A stretch of 19,046 bases of DNA from assembly GCA_013378385.1 (NCBI GenBank), contig JACAFS010000017.1, positions 1 through 19,046 on the forward strand, given 5' to 3'. The position numbers and the translations under genes are program-made. This DNA comes from Nitrososphaerota archaeon. GTDB taxonomy: Archaea; Thermoproteota; Nitrososphaeria; Nitrososphaerales; UBA57. The notes under the pieces were generated by a model. The model was not told the DNA's origin, did not search any database, and saw nothing but the letters and a program-made list of their open reading frames with translations. Positions 5,141 to 13,067 of the stretch are shown in pieces (positions within the stretch are counted from its first letter, which is position 1; each line of letters starts with the position of its first letter).

Positions 5141-6676
5141 CTACTGATCAGGCCATTCTTTCAAACCGTAGTCGGCGAGTTTCCATGGATCTTCTTGATT
5201 TTCAACAAGAGGGCCTCGATACCAACTATTCAAGATATTATACAAGAATACAAGTGCGCCAAATGCAATTAAAATAGCGCCAAATGATGCAGCCACATTA
5301 AGATTGAAGAATTCTGGAAGATATTGATAATATCTTCTAGGTGCTCCAGCGAGTCCCAAGAATAACATGGCAGTGAATAACGTATACATTCCTACAGTAG
5401 TCAAAGCAAAATGAAGTTGTCCTAGTGTTTCACTGTATTTTCGACCAGTCATATATGGGAAGTAATAATAAATTCCTGCAAAAACAGCTTGAGCTGAGAC
5501 TCCAAACAGAACATAATGCAGATGACTTACTACATAATATGTATCTTGAAGTTGATAGTCTAACGGAATGTTAGCAAGGAAAACGCCTTCAACTCCCTGA
5601 ATAATAAAACTAAGAATAAAGCTTAGACTGAAAAGCATAGGAGTGCTGAGCTTAAGCTTGCCGCCATACAGTGTAGCAACCCAGTTAAAGATTTTTACGC
5701 CGGACGGTATAGCAATAGCCATAGTCATAAACATAAACGGTACACGTGCAGTAATAGACAATCCACTAGTCCACATATGATGTGCCCATACACCAAAACC
5801 TAAGAATCCAATCAATGCAGTAGAAACTGCAATAGAGCTATAGCCAAATATTCTTTGTCTTGACATACTTGGTAAGATTTGCGATATTAGACCCATTCCT
5901 GGTAAAACCATGATATATACCGCAGGATGTGAATAGAACCAGAATAGATGTTGCCACATTATAGGATCTCCGCCAAGAGCAGGGTTAAAGAATCCTGTTC
6001 CAAGATTTCTATCCAATAGCAATAAAGTCAAAGCCATGGCGAGAACTGGTGTAGCAAGAACTTGTAAGAAAGAAGTAGTCAGCTGTGTCCAGACCAGCAA
6101 AGGCATGTTTCTATAGGTAACATTAGGAGCCCTCATCTTCATGATTGTAACTATAAAATTAAGACCTCCAATAATCGACGATGTTCCTAACAAGTGAAGA
6201 CCAAGGATAGTCATATCCATACCCCAACCAGCTGCATAAACAGACAATGGAGCATAAGCAGTCCATCCTACATTAGGCATACCTGCCCAAATAAGAAAAC
6301 CTGCAGGAGGCAGCATCCAGAAACCTAATGCGTTAAGTTTTGGGAAATACATATCTTTAGCTCCAATATATTTTGGAACGAGATAGTTTCCGAAACCTGC
6401 CCAAGCAGGAATTACAAACAGAAATATCATACTAACGCCATGAATTGTAAATAAACTCGAATATGCCTCAGGAGCTATTGAACCTCCACGAGTTAGACCA
6501 TATCTAACAAGTAATGAAGCAAAACCTCCCATAAAGAAAAAGAACATAGAGAACACCAAATACATTATGCCAATGTCGGTGTGATGAGTAGTAGTTAGAA
6601 TAGTCTTCCAACTAGAATAGAAATTCTTATGTTCTTGTTGTGCAGTTGCTTCTTTCTTAGCTTCTTTAATTTCCAT
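5141..6676 (-). CDS. coxA: Heme-copper oxidase subunit I, A2-type signature
   Basis: 511 aa, 12-TM class. Motifs: WFYSHPAVYIMVLPGMG (CuB His plus cross-linked Tyr), WAHHMW (CuB His pair) and SHLHYVLFG (heme ligands). Confidence 0.97.
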   Translation of the reverse strand: MEIKEAKKEATAQQEHKNFYSSWKTILTTTHHTDIGIMYLVFSMFFFFMGGFASLLVRYGLTRGGSIAPEAYSSLFTIHGVSMIFLFVIPAWAGFGNYLVPKYIGAKDMYFPKLNALGFWMLPPAGFLIWAGMPNVGWTAYAPLSVYAAGWGMDMTILGLHLLGTSSIIGGLNFIVTIMKMRAPNVTYRNMPLLVWTQLTTSFLQVLATPVLAMALTLLLLDRNLGTGFFNPALGGDPIMWQHLFWFYSHPAVYIMVLPGMGLISQILPSMSRQRIFGYSSIAVSTALIGFLGFGVWAHHMWTSGLSITARVPFMFMTMAIAIPSGVKIFNWVATLYGGKLKLSTPMLFSLSFILSFIIQGVEGVFLANIPLDYQLQDTYYVVSHLHYVLFGVSAQAVFAGIYYYFPYMTGRKYSETLGQLHFALTTVGMYTLFTAMLFLGLAGAPRRYYQYLPEFFNLNVAASFGAILIAFGALVFLYNILNSWYRGPLVENQEDPWKLADYGLKEWPDQ

Positions 6677-6682
6677 CTTTCA

Positions 6683-7108
6683 TCATTCCTCAATAATTAA
6701 CTTAGTTCTCATACCACCATGATAAGCGCCGCAGAATTCTGCGCATTGAATCCAATACTCGCCAGGAGTTTCAGCACTAATTATCTGAATTCTAGTTTTA
6801 CCAGGTATTATATCAACTTTAAATCCCATTTCTCGAACGTAGAAACTGTGAATAACATCTTCACTTTCTAGTTCCAGTCTAACTATATCACCTTGTTTAA
6901 TTTTTAGTTCGCCAGATTCTGTTCCATCAGGATAAATGAATTTCCAATACCATTGACCTGATTCAACTTTGACAATATAATCAGGATCTCCATAATAATC
7001 AGGGTTATCTAATGCGTCTAAAACAGGAAGAGCTAATGCGCCCAATCCAAATAACAGAACAGTAGCTCCTATAATTGTTATCCATTCTAATTTTTCTAAT
7101 GTATTCAT
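6683..7108 (-). CDS. coxB: Heme-copper oxidase subunit II (CuA cupredoxin), compact single-TM form
   Basis: 141 aa with one N-terminal TM helix. CuA ligand set: DVIHSF ... CAEFCGAYHGGM. There is no cytochrome c domain. Confidence 0.93.
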   Translation of the reverse strand: MNTLEKLEWITIIGATVLLFGLGALALPVLDALDNPDYYGDPDYIVKVESGQWYWKFIYPDGTESGELKIKQGDIVRLELESEDVIHSFYVREMGFKVDIIPGKTRIQIISAETPGEYWIQCAEFCGAYHGGMRTKLIIEE

Positions 7109-7110
7109 GA

Positions 7111-7368
7111 TTATTCCAGTCCTGCAGGTTGTGAACGATCCCAGAATTTAAGTATCAAATAAAAGAATGTTCCCACAAACAAAGCAGAAACGAACATTCC
7201 AGCAACATAAACTATATCATAATATTGTTTAATCATAGCAGCACGTGCGTCGATTGGATCAGGATACCAAGACAGTATAAAACCTCCACCTATAATAAAT
7301 AATACAATAAATGTTACAATAACAGTCAATCCCCAAACGATTCTATCAAAAGTTGAAAGTATTCCCAA
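7111..7368 (-). CDS. Small two-TM membrane protein, first gene of the oxidase operon (candidate accessory subunit)
   Basis: 85 aa with two hydrophobic helices. Its stop lies 2 nt before the coxB start. The start is TTG. No family recognised. Confidence 0.55.
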   Translation of the reverse strand: MGILSTFDRIVWGLTVIVTFIVLFIIGGGFILSWYPDPIDARAAMIKQYYDIVYVAGMFVSALFVGTFFYLILKFWDRSQPAGLE

Positions 7369-7437
7369 TGTTTAGCCAAATTTTAGTGCATCGATTTAAT
7401 ATATTAGGATTTCTACTCCTTCCAGATTTGGTAAGAA

Positions 7438-7752
7438 TTATTTAAACTTATTTAACATCAATGGGTCGGGTTCAATTGCTTTTTTTCTAAGTCGTTTTTC
7501 ATACAATTTCGGTCCATAGTATATATTCAGATATGCAAGAATCTGCATAGTAGCGTGAAAAACAAGCATAGTAGTAAAGGAATAAGATAGTATGACTAGC
7601 ATTACTATTCCGGTAACAAATGCAATAACATGAATTATTACGGCAAGAATCATAGAGAATTTTCTGTATTTAGAGACTTTGTCAGAGATTTGTTGTCTTC
7701 TTAATTCTTCCAATTCAGCAAGATATGATAATTGATTCAATAATATTAACAA
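7438..7752 (-). CDS. Hypothetical membrane protein
   Basis: 104 aa with a charged N-terminal segment followed by two TM helices and a basic C-terminus. The TTG start is uncertain; the first internal ATG is at residue 34 (MILAV). Confidence 0.45.
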   Translation of the reverse strand: MLILLNQLSYLAELEELRRQQISDKVSKYRKFSMILAVIIHVIAFVTGIVMLVILSYSFTTMLVFHATMQILAYLNIYYGPKLYEKRLRKKAIEPDPLMLNKFK

Positions 7753-7828
7753 AGTATAGAATTTAATTAAATGTTATTAGGAAAAAAAAGTTAAATGTGG
7801 TTATCGATATAAAATTTTTGACTTAAGG

Positions 7829-8695
7829 ATGGGTAATAATGAAGAAAAGCCAGAATTTGAACATCATGTAGATACGAGTGAAATTCATTCTTATATGCCT
7901 GCTTTGATAGGTTTAGGAGCTGGAGCGTTTGTTGCAGCTGGAGTAATCTTCATGCTAAAAGGATTCTCCTTACAATTAGGAGCAGGATTAGTTGGGTTAT
8001 TTGTTTTATTGATATTCATATTCCTTGGAGGAGAAATACCAAGGTGGCCAAAGATTACAAAGGATTCCGAACACATGGTAAAGGCAGGAGGCACTCCTGG
8101 TGAGTTTCATGAAATAGGAGATGTTGGTTTTCCAACTGCTTTGTTTCTTTTGTCGGAAATAGCATTCTTCGGAGGAGCGTTTATAGCTTATTTCTATCTA
8201 AGGTCAGCTTATGCAGTATGGCCTCCAGAAGGACTACATCATCTTGATGTTGCAATTCCAAGTATTCAAACTGCATTATTAATTGTCAGCAGCGTTATGA
8301 TTGAATGGGCTACTGCAGGTGTAAAGAAAGGAAATCAAACAGCAGTAAAATATGGTTTTCTCGGAGCAGTAATTCTTGGTTTAGGATTTGCAGTTATACA
8401 GATGGGTTATGAATGGCCAGAACTACTTAGAACAGGTGAACTAACACCACAAGATGGATTATTTGGAGCTTCGTTCTTTGTACTTACAGGCATTCATGGA
8501 GTGCACGTAATAGCAGGAGTTATTGCAAACGCAGTTGTAACAGTAAAGGCATTTAAAAATCAATTTGATGAGAAGAATCACGGATTTTTAGAAGCTGCGG
8601 GAACCTATTGGCACTTTGTACATATTGTTTGGTTATTCTTGTTTGCATTTTTGTGGCAAGATGGTTTATCATATTTCCAGGCGGCGGTAGCATAA
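7829..8695 (+). CDS. coxC: Heme-copper oxidase subunit III
   Basis: 288 aa with COX3 signatures FFVLTGIHGVHVIAGV and GTYWHFVHIVWLFLF. It is divergent from the coxBA operon. Confidence 0.9.
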   Translation: MGNNEEKPEFEHHVDTSEIHSYMPALIGLGAGAFVAAGVIFMLKGFSLQLGAGLVGLFVLLIFIFLGGEIPRWPKITKDSEHMVKAGGTPGEFHEIGDVGFPTALFLLSEIAFFGGAFIAYFYLRSAYAVWPPEGLHHLDVAIPSIQTALLIVSSVMIEWATAGVKKGNQTAVKYGFLGAVILGLGFAVIQMGYEWPELLRTGELTPQDGLFGASFFVLTGIHGVHVIAGVIANAVVTVKAFKNQFDEKNHGFLEAAGTYWHFVHIVWLFLFAFLWQDGLSYFQAAVA

Positions 8696-8696
8696 A

Positions 8697-9263
8697 TTGT
8701 CAAAACAAAATAATCCATTAAAGGGAATATTCAACACAAGTCGTTTTGGTTTATTTGTAATTACAGCTGGAATTACTGCAGCAGGAAGTCTAGGATTACC
8801 TGAAACATCAATTTTTACTTTATTGCCGAGTAATTTATTAGCTGCAATAGATTCTTCAGGGGAAGTACTTGCGTCAGAAAAGTTACATGTATTATTAACA
8901 ATAATTCCTGGATTCATGTTAGCGCCATTCATTGCATTCTTTGGTATGTCTGCAATATTTGGGATAACACTAGGTCATTTAGTAATTGCCACAACTTCAA
9001 AAGTAGGTGCTATTGATCTTTTATCTCCATTATTCACGTTTCTAGGATTGTTCTTTATTAGGCAATATAAGAATCCAGGAAACATAATAGGACCACTGAT
9101 ATTTGTATTATTAACATCACTGTGGTTGTCATATGTAGGAATTTCAGTGACAGGGTTAGATATATTACCGGTAATGCTACTGACGCTAATTACGCAGTTT
9201 GGAATAGTAGCTGTAGGATATGTATTTTATCTATTGGCAAAACAACTAAAGATTTTCAAATAA
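8697..9263 (+). CDS. Hypothetical polytopic membrane protein
   Basis: 188 aa with about 5-6 TM helices. The TTG start lies 1 nt after the coxC stop, so it is probably co-transcribed. No motif recognised. Confidence 0.5.
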   Translation: MSKQNNPLKGIFNTSRFGLFVITAGITAAGSLGLPETSIFTLLPSNLLAAIDSSGEVLASEKLHVLLTIIPGFMLAPFIAFFGMSAIFGITLGHLVIATTSKVGAIDLLSPLFTFLGLFFIRQYKNPGNIIGPLIFVLLTSLWLSYVGISVTGLDILPVMLLTLITQFGIVAVGYVFYLLAKQLKIFK

Positions 9264-9264
9264 G

Positions 9265-9456
9265 TTAATTTTTACTACGGCGTTTTTTCATTATGCCAAA
9301 AACAAGATAGAGACCCAGGAATATCATACCAAATCTAAGACCTTGAACAAGTAAACTAGTTTTATCTAATGCGGGAAACGGGAAGATAAGGCCTGTAAGT
9401 AGGAAAGATAATGCAAAAGTAAAGTTAAATGGTTCTAACCAGTTACGAGCCAACAT
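9265..9456 (-). CDS. Small two-TM membrane protein
   Basis: 63 aa with an ATG start, two hydrophobic helices and a basic tail KKRRSKN. Its stop is 1 nt from the stop of the convergent gene. Confidence 0.45.
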   Translation of the reverse strand: MLARNWLEPFNFTFALSFLLTGLIFPFPALDKTSLLVQGLRFGMIFLGLYLVFGIMKKRRSKN

Positions 9457-9520
9457 TGCTTTTATCAGATTGATATTAATTAGGCTTTACTTTTTAAATC
9501 ATTAAAGTAGAATATCAATA

Positions 9521-10369
9521 TTGAAATATAATTACGGGTGGGCAGTTCTTGGACTCGTGATAATAATAGGTAGTTCTATCACATATGCAGAGATAATTAA
9601 CAATTATTTTCAGAATCTCGCCAATTTAGTACAATATGTGGCTTCATTATACATAATCAGCATATTAATCGGAATGCTAATGATTGTAATACAAATTGAG
9701 AAAATATTAATTACACAAAAAAATTTGAAGCTATCTAATAATTCAACCTCAATAGACTTAAGATCCCTCACATATGATTTATTTGCAAAAATGAAATACA
9801 GAAAAATATTTATTATTTCTTCAGGATTATATGTAATATTTTTTTCAATAATTTCAGGAACAATCGTTTATCAGCCAGAGATAGTTTTTTCCGACGCTTT
9901 TAAGGTATCAATACCTTCAATCAAAATAGTCTATTGTTGTGGATCGCCAGGTCAATATCCTAATGTTGCAATCTACATAACAGAACACATAGGGGCAATT
10001 TTAATTCCGGTGAGCTTATTATTATTAATCCTAATTTCAGCACTAGTATCCTGGAATGTAATGCTTATGGCATTTGCGTTTAGTAATAGGCCAAAGAATA
10101 ATGAAAAATGGTTATTGAGCATAGGTGCTTTGACAGGTCTATTTACGGCATGTCCAACATGTGCGGGTTTATTATTGACAAGTATATTACCCGGTTCAAT
10201 CGGGGTTTCATTAATTACTGGAACTCCCATATTATTATCATTATCAAGTGTATTTTATCAACAGGTTTTTCTACTAATCACATTAATAATTTTAACAATC
10301 TCGCCATTGATTTTAGTCACAAATATAAGAGAATTATTTGAAAAAGGATGTATTATCGAAAAGACTTGA
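9521..10369 (+). CDS. Polytopic membrane protein with CC and CPTC cysteine motifs (function unknown)
   Basis: 282 aa with about 7 hydrophobic segments. YCCGSPGQYP is at residues 138-147 (nt 9935-9940 encode CC). TACPTCAGLL is at residues 209-218 (nt 10151-10162 encode CPTC), within or at the edge of a TM helix. The TTG start is uncertain. Confidence 0.55.
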   Translation: MKYNYGWAVLGLVIIIGSSITYAEIINNYFQNLANLVQYVASLYIISILIGMLMIVIQIEKILITQKNLKLSNNSTSIDLRSLTYDLFAKMKYRKIFIISSGLYVIFFSIISGTIVYQPEIVFSDAFKVSIPSIKIVYCCGSPGQYPNVAIYITEHIGAILIPVSLLLLILISALVSWNVMLMAFAFSNRPKNNEKWLLSIGALTGLFTACPTCAGLLLTSILPGSIGVSLITGTPILLSLSSVFYQQVFLLITLIILTISPLILVTNIRELFEKGCIIEKT

Positions 10370-10430
10370 ATAATTAATGAATTTTAACGAGAAAGCAAGG
10401 TTTTTATTTTTATAAATACATGATTTTTTC

Positions 10431-10712
10431 ATGGATTGGGAAGTATTGTTTCCAGCATTGGCATTTACAATTTCTGGTGCATTTGGGATTTGGTCGTCGT
10501 ATGATACAAATTTTTTGTTTCCGGCTGATACGTTCATTCAAGGCTTGCATGCAACATCGATGTTTGTATTAGCGTTAGGTCTAATGTTACTTCCTGGAGG
10601 ATTATTCAAAGGCGGTACGCCAAGACCAAGAGGCGTAGGATTAGCAGTAGTAGTTACATTAGCCACTATGACAACGGCATTGGGCATATTATTTATCGTA
10701 TTAAACTTATAG
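10431..10712 (+). CDS. Small membrane protein (about 3 TM)
   Basis: 93 aa with an ATG start, hydrophobic throughout, and a GGTPRPRG loop. No family recognised. Confidence 0.5.
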   Translation: MDWEVLFPALAFTISGAFGIWSSYDTNFLFPADTFIQGLHATSMFVLALGLMLLPGGLFKGGTPRPRGVGLAVVVTLATMTTALGILFIVLNL

Positions 10713-10720
10713 ATTCAATT

Positions 10721-11239
10721 ATGCGAAATAAAATCGAATATATTTTCCCGAAATATTGGATTAATTCATTTATTTTCGTTCTTATATTCACAGTACTAAT
10801 TGGGGCAATTGGATCTGCATTTCCGTTGAATGTAGAACAAGTATCAGAAATATTAAAAGAAGCTGAAGAATTAATTCCAGACGACATTAATGTAGAGAAA
10901 ATTTTCTTGAATAATTATCGAATTTCATTAATAATGTTGACGCCAGTATTGGGATTCGTATTCGGGTTGTTAGTAATTTTTCAGACAGGAATGGTATTTG
11001 GAGCAGCAGGTGCGAGTGTAGGTTTTTCTGGAATATTACTATATGGATTAACGGCATTAACGCCATTTTTCTGGTTAGAATTCATAGCATATGCAGCAAG
11101 TATGACTGAGAGCATATACATAATACGTGGATTAATTGAAAGGAAATTCAAGATAGAATTGACAAGAGTCTTAGCAATAATAATAATTAATTTCGTTTTA
11201 CTCGGACTAGGAGCTTTAATTGAAATGTTATTTATTTAG
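10721..11239 (+). CDS. SpoIIM-like (DUF95) membrane protein, tentative
   Basis: 172 aa. The pattern FLNNYRISLIML...GLLVIFQTGMVFGAAG ... PFFWLEFIAYAAS resembles the stage II sporulation protein M family common in archaea. Confidence 0.5.
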   Translation: MRNKIEYIFPKYWINSFIFVLIFTVLIGAIGSAFPLNVEQVSEILKEAEELIPDDINVEKIFLNNYRISLIMLTPVLGFVFGLLVIFQTGMVFGAAGASVGFSGILLYGLTALTPFFWLEFIAYAASMTESIYIIRGLIERKFKIELTRVLAIIIINFVLLGLGALIEMLFI

Positions 11240-11703
11240 ACATCGTATAATAAATTAATAATCAAAGTACCATTTTTGAAATCGTGTTTCTTAAGTAGAA
11301 GATTTTTTGGTATTTTAATTTTTTCAGATAGATCATTATTGCTAGTGATAGTAATTTTTCCAGGGATGAATGCGACTTTCATTTCAGAATGTTGTCCAGG
11401 AATTTGTGCAATTATATTCAGTCCGTTGTTAGTTTCTATAGATTCGTAAGTGAATTTGTTTGATGAACGAATTATTCCCAATCCAGGTTGTTTTTTTAGA
11501 ATTAATCTTATCTCATTAGACCAATAAAGAAAGATCAATGTAGTTAAGAGACTTAGTACAATTGCTGACGAACCACGTACTACTCGCGTAGTTACTAGGA
11601 TTATCAGGCTAACTGCAATTATTGCAAGAAATGCATAGAAATATTTCGAATTAGCTTTGAAAGGAGATCTAATCATTATTAGACTTAGAAACTGGTAAAT
11701 CAA
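11236..11703 (-). CDS. Membrane-anchored protein with a short Hsp20/alpha-crystallin-like C-terminal domain, tentative
   Basis: 155 aa with two N-terminal TM helices. The C-terminal part, ETNNGLNIIAQIPG...KITITSNN...EKIKIPKNLLLKKHDFKNGTLIINL, resembles the ACD pattern (x-lPG, L-I, i-LP, a-f-nGvL-I-l). The TTG start is uncertain; an alternative ATG is at 11676. Confidence 0.4.
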   Translation of the reverse strand: MIYQFLSLIMIRSPFKANSKYFYAFLAIIAVSLIILVTTRVVRGSSAIVLSLLTTLIFLYWSNEIRLILKKQPGLGIIRSSNKFTYESIETNNGLNIIAQIPGQHSEMKVAFIPGKITITSNNDLSEKIKIPKNLLLKKHDFKNGTLIINLLYDV

Positions 11704-11750
11704 AAATGTTACTAATTTATGGCAAAAGTTAACATCAGGTCCAATATAAT

Positions 11751-13067
11751 ATGAATGTGGCTGTTTTAACGATATCCGGGTTAAGAGGCATAATGGGAGA
11801 AGATTTGTTCGGTAATGATATATTAGACACGATTTATAATTTTGTCAGTTCAAAGGAGATAAAAACTTGTGCAATTGGGAGGGATACGAGGTCAACGTCA
11901 GAAATGCTTCATCAGGTAGTTCTTTCATGTCTATTAGCAGAAGGGTGCAACGTAGAGGATTTAGGAGTAACGTCAACGCCATCAGTATTTCGTCATGTTA
12001 AAAAGAATAATTTAGACGGAGGAGTATGTATAACGTCTTCACACAATCCAAAAGAATGGAACGGTTTAAAATTAATCATTAGGCCAGGAAGAATAATTAA
12101 ACCAGATGAATTGAACAACAAAAACACAAAGAATTATTCATTCACTGGGACAAAGAAAGAACTAGAAACATGTTATTACAATGATTTAATTGAATTCTTT
12201 AAAGATGAGAGATTCCATGGGTTAAAAATAGGTATGGATTTAGGAGGAGGGGCAGCGTGCATATTTGTGAAAGATATTTTTATAAAACTAGGATGTCGGG
12301 TTTATACAATAAATGACTCTCCAGGAACGTTTAATCGAATAATTAATCCAACTGAGGATCCATTGGAATCGCTTTCAAAACTAATAGTAGAAAATGAGTG
12401 TAATGTAGGATTTGCATTTGATGCGGATGTTGACAGATTAGTAATACTAAATGAGAGAGGTGAGAAGATAGCTCCTGATTTTTCTCTATTAGCAGGCATA
12501 AAATATATTGAACAGAGGTTCAAATTGGAAAAAGCGGCAATTAGCATAGACAGTTCCTTATCCATAATCAATTATCTAAAAAAAATCAATTGTGAAATAC
12601 TTACAACGCCAGTAGGAGAAATTAGCGTATTGGAAAAGATTCAAAGTGGGAAATGTCAAGTAGGAGGAGAAGGCAGCAGTGGAGGATTTATTTATCCGGA
12701 ATTTAATTTATGTAGAGATGGGATTCTATTAGCTTTAATGGTTTCGAGGTTAGTGGAAAATTATGGAGATGTAGATAGTATATTCTCGGACATTGAGAAA
12801 TTTAAACAAAAAAGGATAAAGATAAAGACGAATCCAGAAAATTTCAATGTAATAAAAGAACATTTTTTAAAATTAGATAATGTAACATTCATTGATGGAA
12901 TAAAGATCACACCTAATGATGATAAATGGGTATTAATTAGGCCATCAAATACAGAGAAATGCATAAGATTGTCAGTTGAGGCAAATAATGAGAAAGATGC
13001 ACAGGATTTAATTGATGAATATAAGAATCAGATAGAGAATTTACTCAGTGACTCTACAAGTCATTAA
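11751..13067 (+). CDS. alpha-D-phosphohexomutase family enzyme (PGM/PMM/GlmM-type), paralog 1
   Basis: 438 aa with the catalytic loop CITSSHNPKEWNGLKL and a metal loop FAFDADVDRLV (degenerate relative to DGDGDR). GEGSSG is present. Confidence 0.85.
   Translation: MNVAVLTISGLRGIMGEDLFGNDILDTIYNFVSSKEIKTCAIGRDTRSTSEMLHQVVLSCLLAEGCNVEDLGVTSTPSVFRHVKKNNLDGGVCITSSHNPKEWNGLKLIIRPGRIIKPDELNNKNTKNYSFTGTKKELETCYYNDLIEFFKDERFHGLKIGMDLGGGAACIFVKDIFIKLGCRVYTINDSPGTFNRIINPTEDPLESLSKLIVENECNVGFAFDADVDRLVILNERGEKIAPDFSLLAGIKYIEQRFKLEKAAISIDSSLSIINYLKKINCEILTTPVGEISVLEKIQSGKCQVGGEGSSGGFIYPEFNLCRDGILLALMVSRLVENYGDVDSIFSDIEKFKQKRIKIKTNPENFNVIKEHFLKLDNVTFIDGIKITPNDDKWVLIRPSNTEKCIRLSVEANNEKDAQDLIDEYKNQIENLLSDSTSH

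Noticed and set aside
7891-10887. ORFs 7891-8094(-), 8669-8932(-), 9973-10230(-), 10108-10341(+), 10334-10537(-) and 10693-10887(-)
   Set aside because: Each lies inside or overlaps a longer ORF with coherent TM-helix periodicity (coxC or the membrane-protein genes). None has a recognisable motif or its own upstream signal.
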